Source: a virus (lineage: Duplodnaviria; Caudoviricetes). From it: a stretch of DNA of 64,000 nt. The notes beneath the pieces were generated by a model. It made no database searches. It worked only from the letters and a program-made list of their open reading frames with translations, and was not told where the DNA came from. Made by a program: the position numbers and the translations under genes. Below, in pieces: positions 19,766-28,900 of the stretch (positions are counted from its first letter, which is position 1; the number at the start of each line of letters is the position of its first letter). The DNA lies in the IMG/VR virus record IMGVR_UViG_3300033068_001747; one strand, written 5' to 3'.

Positions 19766-19773
19766 CAAAGATA
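19766..19773 (-). promoter_or_regulatory. Bacteroidota-type -7 element TATCTTTG
   Basis: 4 nt upstream of the 2H gene ATG. Confidence 0.6.
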
Positions 19774-19796
19774 GTAAAATTATATATAAAATAAAA

Positions 19797-19961
19797 ATGA
19801 AAGTTATGAAAACTAAAAAAACTAAACAAGAAGTTGCGATTTTGAGAGAAAAGTTCTTAGTTGAATACTGTAAAAAAATGGGTTGGAATCATAATGAGTT
19901 ATCAACCAATCAAATGTTATTCATTACACAACAAAAAGGATATATATCTCCTTTAAACTAA
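19797..19961 (+). CDS. 54-aa hypothetical protein (not in track)
   Basis: MKVMKTKKTKQEVAILREKFLVEYCKKMGWNHNELSTNQMLFITQQKGYISPLN; fills the gap behind a TATATA motif. Confidence 0.55.
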   Translation: MKVMKTKKTKQEVAILREKFLVEYCKKMGWNHNELSTNQMLFITQQKGYISPLN

Positions 19962-20002
19962 TCAATAAAATATAATATAATTAGAAAAATAATTATTTAT
20001 TA

Positions 20003-20761
20003 ATGAATACACATTCTTTTACCTATATCATTGGATATAGACACACTCCTGATAGATTTCACAATCTTAAAAAAGTTTTAGATTGGATTAATGGATTTAC
20101 AAATGTTGATGTTATACTTATAGAACAAGATACACACTCAAAAATATCTCATCTTCCTTTAAAAGCCAGACATATCTTCCTTAAATCTGATAAACCTTAT
20201 AATAAATCTTGGGCATTTAATATAGCTACTAAAGAAGCAAAATCAGATATTATAGTTTTTGCAGATTCAGATTTAATAATGAATCCTAATGAATTCATCG
20301 AAGCAGTTAAATTGCTTGAACAATACGAAATGGTTAACCCATATTGTTCAGTTGTTGATTTACAACCAAATGAGTCAAATTTACAATTAGATCAAATGTT
20401 ACTTATTGATAGACCAGGACGTGGAGAAACGGATCACCAAAAAGTTCCTTTATGTGGTGGAATCTGTATATTTAGAAAATCCGCTATACTAAGAATAGGT
20501 GGTTGGAATGAATCTTTTATGGGATGGGGTGCTGAAGATGACTTTCAATCTCATAAAGTTAAAAACTTTTTAAGTTGGACAGAGTGTAAAAACAAATGTT
20601 ATCATTTATACCATAGTAGAGAAACACCGAATATGTTATATTACCAAAGAAATCTTCAATTACTTAACCAATTAGTAGCATTATCAAAAGAAGACTTAGT
20701 TAAAACAGTAAATGCAAGTTTACAAAAAAATGGAATGAAAAATCTATATGACACTTTCTAA
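20003..20761 (+). CDS. Glycosyltransferase (GT2 / GT7-C galactosyltransferase-like)
   Basis: NKSWAFN, FADSD (DxD) and GGWNESFMGWGAEDD. Confidence 0.88.
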   Translation: MNTHSFTYIIGYRHTPDRFHNLKKVLDWINGFTNVDVILIEQDTHSKISHLPLKARHIFLKSDKPYNKSWAFNIATKEAKSDIIVFADSDLIMNPNEFIEAVKLLEQYEMVNPYCSVVDLQPNESNLQLDQMLLIDRPGRGETDHQKVPLCGGICIFRKSAILRIGGWNESFMGWGAEDDFQSHKVKNFLSWTECKNKCYHLYHSRETPNMLYYQRNLQLLNQLVALSKEDLVKTVNASLQKNGMKNLYDTF

Positions 20762-21503
20762 AAAAGACGAAATTAAATACTTATGTAATTTTTCAGAAAA
20801 ATCACATAACGGCTCAGTGGCAAGTATCAGTTACTTAGACTATTTAGAAGAAAATACACTTCAAGAACAACTAAAAGCTAAAGCGACAAATCGTGAATTA
20901 GCAATTGATATAGTTACTGGAGAAAAAGAAGAATCTGCCTGGGATAGTAGAGCAGATCTACCAAAAATTGATGAAACTACAATACCTGTTATGGGTTTAA
21001 AAATATTTTCTATGAATGTACAAGCAAAAACGTTTACTTCATACGAAGATTTACACACAGAGATAATAACATATATAGAAAACTTTACTCAGGGACAACC
21101 AGTTTTAAATAACGGAATAGCATCATTTGATTTAACACTAACAAATGATCCAAGTAAAACAGATAAAGAAAACTTTGACTATAATAATAGAAGAGTTATA
21201 TCAAAATTAGTTAGTTGTGGTAATTATATTGCAGTAACCAATAGACGTGGTCCAGGAACTACTGTATTAGTACATCCAGATACTTGTTTAAAATATGATA
21301 TTAGTGCAATTATAAATAATTCAAACTATACCTTAGTTAAATCGGATTTAATTACAAAAGACAAGTTTATTGTTTTAAGAGCAGATCTAAGTGGTACAAA
21401 TGAAGATGGACTCTTTGTCATAAAATCACTTGATGAAGACAAATACTTTATGAAAGAAACACCAAATTTAAAGAATAAAATTATGTGGTTCTATGTAAAA
21501 TAA
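20748..21503 (+). CDS. Protein containing a major-capsid (gp23)-like segment and an NRELAIDIV motif
   Basis: ISKLVSCGNYIAVTNRRGPGTTVLVHP resembles gp23-type ANxIAxxTRRGxGNxIIxS. Confidence 0.5.
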   Translation: MTLSKKDEIKYLCNFSEKSHNGSVASISYLDYLEENTLQEQLKAKATNRELAIDIVTGEKEESAWDSRADLPKIDETTIPVMGLKIFSMNVQAKTFTSYEDLHTEIITYIENFTQGQPVLNNGIASFDLTLTNDPSKTDKENFDYNNRRVISKLVSCGNYIAVTNRRGPGTTVLVHPDTCLKYDISAIINNSNYTLVKSDLITKDKFIVLRADLSGTNEDGLFVIKSLDEDKYFMKETPNLKNKIMWFYVK

Positions 21504-21504
21504 G

Positions 21505-21530
21505 AAAAACCTCTCAATGAGAGGTTTTTT
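21505..21530. terminator. Bidirectional terminator
   Basis: AAAAACCTCTCA/TGAGAGGTTTTT. Confidence 0.85.
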
Positions 21531-22068
21531 AGTTCATAGACTGAACTCTAACTTTATCATATTTTAAAAGTAATTTATACATTCTTTCCCATTCATCATT
21601 AGGATTCTCTACAACTCTTTCATTCCATTGATTATTGTTAAAATACTCTACAATCATACCAACTTTAAAATCATCTTTAGTTTTTGGTATCCAATATCTC
21701 TTAGACTCAACAAAAGAGAACGAAAGTCCTCTATATAAATATGATATATTTTCAGAGTCTGTATTAAACATATTTATTTCCAATAGTTTCTCTACACCTG
21801 TTTTATAAATTCTTCTTGGAGTTTTTTCACCTTTATACTTAATAATTGCGGATTCTTGATGAAAATGATTTAATAAAAAAATAACATCCTTTCGCAAAGT
21901 ATCATTATCTACATCGCTATAACCCATAGCGGAATTATCAAATGATTCCTTATAATAAGTCTGTAAAGGAAGTATCTGATAATCTTTAGCATAAAGAACA
22001 GATGTCATATCATCTAAACCGTCAGATGATAATATAAGATATGATATATTTGGATTTTCTAAATTCAC
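21529..22068 (-). CDS. Hypothetical protein
   Basis: 179-aa ORF, GTG start 4 nt from late motif. Confidence 0.65.
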   Translation of the reverse strand: MNLENPNISYLILSSDGLDDMTSVLYAKDYQILPLQTYYKESFDNSAMGYSDVDNDTLRKDVIFLLNHFHQESAIIKYKGEKTPRRIYKTGVEKLLEINMFNTDSENISYLYRGLSFSFVESKRYWIPKTKDDFKVGMIVEYFNNNQWNERVVENPNDEWERMYKLLLKYDKVRVQSMN

Positions 22069-22078
22069 AAATTATATA

Positions 22079-22237
22079 TTATTTTTCGGATTCTGTAATA
22101 AGAAATATACTTACTATATCTTTTTTTGGAAGTCTTTTAACTTCTGAAAAGTACTCAATTGCCTGTTCTATTGAATAACACTGAGTTTTAATGATAATCT
22201 CTTTAGATTTTTTTGTTCTTAGGTAAAATGTTTTCAT
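22079..22237 (-). CDS. 52-aa hypothetical protein (not in track)
   Basis: MKTFYLRTKKSKEIIIKTQCYSIEQAIEYFSEVKRLPKKDIVSIFLITESEK; late motif 4 nt upstream. Confidence 0.6.
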   Translation of the reverse strand: MKTFYLRTKKSKEIIIKTQCYSIEQAIEYFSEVKRLPKKDIVSIFLITESEK

Positions 22238-22253
22238 GTCTTATATATTATTT

Positions 22254-23480
22254 TTAGTTTATGTTAAATTCTCTTTTTAGTTCTATTTCAAAAATTTGAT
22301 TAACTTCATCACGATATTTTTTAGGAATAACAATACTATCGTGTATGGTTATCATTTTAATCTCTGGGTAAAATTTCATCACTTTCTTTATAACAGTATT
22401 GAAAATTAAATTTGACTCTGCTTTTTGTAAATCATATGCCAAAACTCGGTAATCTCCATTTTCTTTTTTATACGTTTTTATAAATTGATGTATTGTTGGA
22501 AATAACTTTTTAAATTGTTTATCTACTTTACTTGAACCAATATTTCTACCAAAAAGAACTTTATAAGTCATTTCTTTAACTTTCTTCTTATCATTTTCAC
22601 CAAGTTGACTCATAACATACTGATAGTAAGTACCTGTAGTTGTTAGATGTCTAAATAATTCAAACTCTTTTTGATCAACCATATTAGTATCTATTAGTTT
22701 AGTTAGGAAAAGAGGTTGACTATTTTGTATATCAATTTCACAAGTTTCCTCATTATCTATTAGTAAACAATTCTTTCTAATAAACGATTTCAGAATAGTA
22801 TAATTTGTATGCATTCTTCCGTAAGAATCAAAATGATAAAATATGTGTTTATCATTGATACAATCAACAGAGTAAATATTTCTGTTATAAATATCTATAT
22901 CTTGATGTTTTAAAGAGTCAAGGAAGAATATAGCTCTATCATATTCAATTTTAACACTAAATAAGTCAGAAACCAATTTCTCTTTTACTAAGGGGTCAAT
23001 TAAATTATGCTTAGAAGTATCATCAATATGAATCATATCAATAAACTTATGTTTATACTTCTTTAATAGAACTCTATCGAAGTTCTTATATCTTTTTATC
23101 TTCTCAATAAATATATTCTCATCCAACGCATAAATTCGTGATGTAACACCATTTTGATAATTTGTTTTAAGAACTAAAATACTATTACTCACTAGATAAT
23201 TAATATAATAGTTATAAAGATAACCATATTTATCTTTTAATACGGTTGCGTTTAAAGCAAATCTATTTTCTTTTTTAAAATAATATTTTAAAATAAGATT
23301 ATGAACTATATCAATTAGATAGTTTGTTTTAAGTTTAACACCGTTAAATTCCAATGTTTTTTGAGTTGATATTCCATACAAACATTCTGGTAGAAATTGA
23401 AGTGAAAATAATTTATCATCTATACGTTTGGCAACGTTTTCCGAAGTATCTAAGTTTATAATTGTGTTTTCGATATACAT
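22254..23480 (-). CDS. Minimal family-A-polymerase-like protein (palm motifs A/B/C, no exonuclease domains)
   Basis: YGRMHT, EIDIQNSQP (A), KKVKEMTYKVLFG (B), LQKAES, TIHDS (C). Confidence 0.65.
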   Translation of the reverse strand: MYIENTIINLDTSENVAKRIDDKLFSLQFLPECLYGISTQKTLEFNGVKLKTNYLIDIVHNLILKYYFKKENRFALNATVLKDKYGYLYNYYINYLVSNSILVLKTNYQNGVTSRIYALDENIFIEKIKRYKNFDRVLLKKYKHKFIDMIHIDDTSKHNLIDPLVKEKLVSDLFSVKIEYDRAIFFLDSLKHQDIDIYNRNIYSVDCINDKHIFYHFDSYGRMHTNYTILKSFIRKNCLLIDNEETCEIDIQNSQPLFLTKLIDTNMVDQKEFELFRHLTTTGTYYQYVMSQLGENDKKKVKEMTYKVLFGRNIGSSKVDKQFKKLFPTIHQFIKTYKKENGDYRVLAYDLQKAESNLIFNTVIKKVMKFYPEIKMITIHDSIVIPKKYRDEVNQIFEIELKREFNIN

Positions 23481-23496
23481 AGTTTTTATATCAAAA

Positions 23497-23690
23497 TTAG
23501 CAAGTATGTTTCGTTAAATTTTTAATTTTTTTCCTTCTATTCTCTCTTCTAATTTGAACTTTAAGTTCTCCCGCTAAAATCTTTTCCAATTCCGCTTCAA
23601 CATCAATACTATGAAATGAATTAAGACTTTAATAAGTTCTGTACTCCACTCAGCTTTGATGGTACGTGTTTCTGTTTTTATTTCTTTCAT
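23497..23690 (-). pseudogene. Frameshifted mini-gene encoding a major capsid (gp23) fragment plus RRKKIKNL tag
   Basis: Adding one base near 23626 gives MKEIKTETRTIKAEWSTELIKDLNSFHSIDVEAELEKILAGELKVQIRRENRRKKIKNLTKHTC. Confidence 0.7.
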
Positions 23691-23700
23691 ATCTTTTTAT

Positions 23701-23725
23701 AAAAAAACCTACTATTTAGTAGGTT
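23701..23725 (-). terminator. Intrinsic terminator
   Basis: AACCTACTA/TAGTAGGTT stem with T7 tail on the minus strand. Confidence 0.7.
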
Positions 23726-25037
23726 CTTGTTTTGAGGAAATTGGTTCAAAACCACCTTTTCCTTTTTTCTTTTTATCATTTGAAACTCCTTTTTCAAATT
23801 CAGAATAAACATCTGGATAAACTTGTCCTTCTCCATCAACATCATATTGAATATCAAAGAAATCACCAAAATCTAGTAATCCTGCTCTTGTTAGTTCAAT
23901 CTCACTAATTCGTTTTAAATAGGTTCCAATATGATCATCTATATCATCAATAAACTTGTTGAATAGTTTTACCGTATTATCAGTAAATATACCAATTGCT
24001 TTCTTTCTTTTCTTACTAAATGAACCTAAAATAACTTTAAAGATATATTCTAATTTTTCAGATTCTGATAAATATTCTTTAGTTACTTTATTTTTAATCA
24101 ATTCAGTATTGATTTTAAATTTATCTTTATCAAAGAAATCAGGTACTACAAAGTCAAAATCTAATAAATCTTGTTTTACCTCTCCAATATAAATATTATA
24201 AAGTTTACAAATTAGATAAATATAAATCTCATCTTTTGTTTGCCCCTTTAATTTTAGGTCAGTCAAATCAACTGATTGACAAAAGTTTAGAAAATTTATT
24301 AAAATTAAAGTATAGATTTCGACAAACTCAGTATCATTATTCTCACTTAATCTTGAGTATAATGGATTTAGTAACTCAAATGACATATCACTATCATTAC
24401 TTCTTATAATAAGTTTTTCAATATTTTTTTGGAAGTCTTCATCCATTAAAAATGAATTTTCAGAAAGTGGGTTTAAAATCTTATAAAAGAAGAATGTAAA
24501 TGATTTTTCACCAAAAATATATTCTAAATCTTCCTCACTTGTATTTAAAAAGTACTTGATTGCTTCAATCATTTTATCAGTTAGTTTACCCTGAAAAATA
24601 ACAGGTATAATCTCAACATCAAATAATCTTGCATATTCATCTAATTCTTCTAAAATAAACTCATACTTACCAGACTTATTTATCGCTGTTAAAACTAAGT
24701 TATTTTTAGGAACTCTGGAATATTGAATATTTGCAGGTTGTTCGTCTGGGAAATACTCAAAACAAAACCACCATTTTCTATTTAATAAACTTTTAACTCT
24801 ATTATCTAAAGAGTTAAAGTAATTAATTGCAGGATTATAATAATTCTGCATTGCCAAGTCAATAAGATTTATTGGCTCGCTTGAAATAGACTTTGTTTTA
24901 ATTGTGAATTCTTTACCATTCCAATTAACCCAAATCTTACTTCCTTGAATATCTTCTATAATAGATAATTCACTACTAAATAAAGAGTTTAATACTTCTT
25001 CATCGTTAATACCATTTAAGGTAACTAATCTACTCAT
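23712..25037 (-). CDS. Protein with degenerate RNA-ligase/nucleotidyltransferase-like N-terminal domain
   Basis: EDIQGS (cf. EKxDGS), FCFEY, IPVIFQG, IEKLIIR (cf. EGxVxR). Confidence 0.45.
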   Translation of the reverse strand: MSRLVTLNGINDEEVLNSLFSSELSIIEDIQGSKIWVNWNGKEFTIKTKSISSEPINLIDLAMQNYYNPAINYFNSLDNRVKSLLNRKWWFCFEYFPDEQPANIQYSRVPKNNLVLTAINKSGKYEFILEELDEYARLFDVEIIPVIFQGKLTDKMIEAIKYFLNTSEEDLEYIFGEKSFTFFFYKILNPLSENSFLMDEDFQKNIEKLIIRSNDSDMSFELLNPLYSRLSENNDTEFVEIYTLILINFLNFCQSVDLTDLKLKGQTKDEIYIYLICKLYNIYIGEVKQDLLDFDFVVPDFFDKDKFKINTELIKNKVTKEYLSESEKLEYIFKVILGSFSKKRKKAIGIFTDNTVKLFNKFIDDIDDHIGTYLKRISEIELTRAGLLDFGDFFDIQYDVDGEGQVYPDVYSEFEKGVSNDKKKKGKGGFEPISSKQEPTK

Positions 25038-25079
25038 AACTTGATTTCTGTTTTTTTATCAATTTATTATATATTGTAA

Positions 25080-25364
25080 TTATTGTTTCTCTTGTAAAAA
25101 AACAATCATTTTTTCTAGGTTTTCCTTATTAAATCCATTTAATGGACCACCACCCGACTTTAAATAATCTTGATACAATTGATTATATTCATCCATTGTA
25201 TAAAAGTTACCATCTAAATCACTATAAAGTACTGAAGTATCATCAGAACCGATTGTATTATTACCCAATTCTGTAGTACCAAACCCAGAACCCATTTCTT
25301 TACCTACTAATTCAGTACCACTTACTTCATTTATAAAGTCATAAAACTTTTTAATCATTACCAT
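25080..25364 (-). CDS. Small protein with MIKKFYDFINE tag
   Basis: Shared N-terminal motif followed by INE. Confidence 0.65.
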   Translation of the reverse strand: MVMIKKFYDFINEVSGTELVGKEMGSGFGTTELGNNTIGSDDTSVLYSDLDGNFYTMDEYNQLYQDYLKSGGGPLNGFNKENLEKMIVFLQEKQ

Positions 25365-25809
25365 GATTTATTTTTTCATAATATTCACCTTGTTCTTGAA
25401 GTGAATACTTATTTAACTTTTGAATATAAATTAAATTGTATAAAAATCTATCCTGTAATTTATATTTTTCATTACCTTTCATAAGTATAGTACAATCATC
25501 ATCAGTATGAGTATTATCTATATCTATAATTGGTAAACCAATTTTACCATCTCTATCATGTAAATCACATATTACAGACTTACCACTATCGATTAAGGTT
25601 TTAACTCTTTCACAAGTCGTATTTTTAGATAAATACATATGGTCTTTATTATCTTCAGTTTTGTGATTATACAATTCTAAAAATCTTTTCTCTCTATCAG
25701 AAAGTGACTTTTTTTTAGAAATTTTATCCAAAATACGATTGGCTTCTATTTCTTTTAAAGATTCACCGAGAATATAGTACTTTAAAGTCTTTTTTAGTCC
25801 CATTTCCAT
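25351..25809 (-). CDS. Hypothetical protein with DUF6576-like ILDKI..SL...EK.FL motif
   Basis: ANRILDKISKKKSLSDREKRFLELY. Confidence 0.6.
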   Translation of the reverse strand: MEMGLKKTLKYYILGESLKEIEANRILDKISKKKSLSDREKRFLELYNHKTEDNKDHMYLSKNTTCERVKTLIDSGKSVICDLHDRDGKIGLPIIDIDNTHTDDDCTILMKGNEKYKLQDRFLYNLIYIQKLNKYSLQEQGEYYEKINHGND

Positions 25810-25900
25810 ACGATTTATTTTATAAGTTATATATTATTTTTTATTATAGTAAAAAATAGATAAAATGTTAAAAGGATTAAGATTTTTAATATATAGTTTT

Positions 25901-28900
25901 ATGGATAAACAGTTATTAGATGCTTTAAATAATCTATCAGAATCACTTGAAATGATTGCAGATGCCCTAGATAAAAAGGGTACTAGTAATACTACTACTA
26001 CAAATGCTTTACAAAGTGGTGACTTTTCAAAACAACTAACCGAAATAAATGTTAGTTTAAAATCTATTAAAGCAGATACTACAAAGATTCTTGCTCAACA
26101 GAATACAATTCTTTCGATGCAAAAAAAGAAAGAAAATGATAAGAAAACTGGACTTTTTGAAGAATCAGGAGAAGATCCAAAAAAAGAAGGACAAATTAAA
26201 AAAGGTGTTACCACGATTCTATTAATCGCAGTAGCAGTATTAGCAATCGGTCTAGCATTTAAACTAGTTGGTAAGATAGACTTTTTATCGGTAGTTGGGT
26301 TAAGTTTGGCAGTTGTCTTAATGGCTATTGCATTTGAAAAAATAGCCAAACTAAAATTAGAACCTAAAGAAGCATTTAACGCATCACTAGTTATTGTTAT
26401 GATGGCAATCGCAATTACAATGGCTTCTTGGATAATGGCATTCATAGAACCTATTGGATTTACTCAACTTTTGACAGCTGTTTTAATTGCAGCAATGTTT
26501 GCAGTTTTATCCAATTATTTAGAAAATATATTCTTAGCATCAATTTTATTTAAAAGACTAGATGTTAGTCCAATTCAATTAGTTAAAACATTAGTTGCAA
26601 TATCAGCTGCAATTACTGCATCTTCCTGGGTCTTATCATTTATAAAACCGATGACTTTTGGACAAGCACTGACTGGTATACTGATAGCAGCAATGTTTGC
26701 AGTTATTTCATTTAACTTACATAAAATAGCACTAGGTGTTATTTTATTCCAAGATCTTAACATAAGTCCAATTGAATTAGTAAAAGTATTAGTCGGTATT
26801 GCAGCAGCAATTACTGCATCTTCTTGGATCTTATCATTTATAAAACCAATGACTTTTGGACAAGCACTAACTGGTATACTAATTGCAGCAATGTTTGCCG
26901 TTGTTGCATTTAATATGGATAAAATAGCAATTGGTGTTGTCGCATTTAAAAAGACCGGTGTTAAAGCAACAGATCTACTATTGGTTTTAGTTGGTATTGC
27001 AACTGCAATTACTGTATCATCTTGGATATTATCATTTGTACAACCTATTGGATTTTGGCAGTTTTTAACAGTATTAGGAATTGCATTAGTTTTTGCTTTA
27101 ATGTCTTATTTCATGACAGACTTGGCAATAGGTATAACAATAATTGAAAAATACTTAGGCCCAGGTAAAGTATATCTAATTCCATTAGTATTAGTTGCTT
27201 TGGCAACCGCAATCGCTCTTTCATCAGCAATACTACAAAATACTGTAGACTTACCATTTATGTTAATTCTTAAAATACTTTTACTTGGTGCAACTTTAGC
27301 AATTGTCACATTATTAATGACACCTGCAGTTATGTTGATGGGTAAAATGCCTATAGAAGATTTGGCACTAGGTGTAATAGGAGTTATTATGATAGCAGGT
27401 GCAATCGCTATATCATCTCAAATATTAGCATTAGGTGATTATAGTAAATACCCTGATTGGAAATGGTCTTTAGGTGTAGGACTATCTCTTATTGCGTTTG
27501 GTGGTGCTGCATTAGTGTTAGGAGCACTAATAATGGAAACATCTGGACTAGGATTGGCAGCACTCGCAATTGGTGCAGTGGCAGTAATGTTAGTCGCGGG
27601 CACAATTGTAGCAACATCTCATATTCTAGGATTAGGTAAATATGATAAGTTTCCTTCTTATGAATGGTCATTTAGTGTAGGTTTAAGTATGACTGCGTTT
27701 GGATTAGCAATGGGTGGACTTGGTACATTTATATTAGGAACACTTGGTTTAGGGATGGTCGCACTAGCGGCAGGTAGTGAAGCAGTTCTTATGATAGCAC
27801 AAACTATTGTTGATACTTCATTTATTTTAAGAAAAGGTAATTATACTGGAGGACCAACTAAAGCTTGGTCAGAAGGAATAGCACTAGCATTGGGTGCGTT
27901 CTCACCAGTATATGCAATGTTAGCAGCAAATAAAATAATGAGTTTATTTGGTGGAGGTGTTGGTCCTGAAGACTTTGCAAAAGCTATAAGAACCGTATCA
28001 AGAGGTATTGTAGATGCAGCAACTTACTTTGCGGGAGTAAAAGTTGCATTTAAAAATGGACCAACTAAAGAATGGGCAGAAGGTGTTGGTACCGCAATTA
28101 GTGCATTCTCACCAGTATATGCGGCACTTATGGACACAGGATTCTTTGGTTCTAATGTTTCTGCAGAAGACATGAAGAATGCAATATTGACAATATCAGA
28201 TGGGATAATTGCAGCAGCAGATAAATTTGGTACAAATATTGCAAAATTTGATATAACAAAGGTTCCTTCTAAAGAATGGGGTCAAAATGTTGGTGCTTCT
28301 TTACAAGCATTTGCACCTATATTTGAATTTATGAAAGGAAGTGGTTGGTGGAAATCCAATACCAGTGCAGTAAATGATATGGTTTATGGAATAGGTGCCA
28401 TATCACTTGCAATTGTTGGTGTTGCAGAACTATTTGCAATGGTTGATAAATCAGTTTGGAACTCATATCCAACTCAAAAATGGATTGATGGAGTTAACTC
28501 TTCAATAACTGGATTTATAGATATAACTAAAATTATTGCAGATGTAAAATTAAATCAAGTTGTAAAAACTAATATAGTTGCCTTATCAATGTTAGGTGTT
28601 GCAAAAACTTTAGCATCAGGTAGTAAATACTTCTCTAAAACTATTGATCCTAATTATATGAGTAATGTATCTAAAAATGTACTTGATTATGTAAAATTAG
28701 CAAATAGTATAACTGGAATGGGTATGTTAAGTGGTGTTAAGTCTTTATTCGGTATGGACCCTATTTCACAAGCGGCACACGGAATGATTAAAATAGCAGG
28801 TGCATATGATAAGTTAGCAACTGCATTGAAGAAATTTGGTGGTGCATTACAATCAATTGATGGCACTAAAGTTAATTTAATAAGAAGACTAACTGGTAAT

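Noticed and set aside
23620-23635. Programmed -1 frameshift in the capsid mini-gene
   Set aside because: No canonical slippery heptamer, and the -1 frame has a stop immediately upstream; a 1-nt deletion is simpler.
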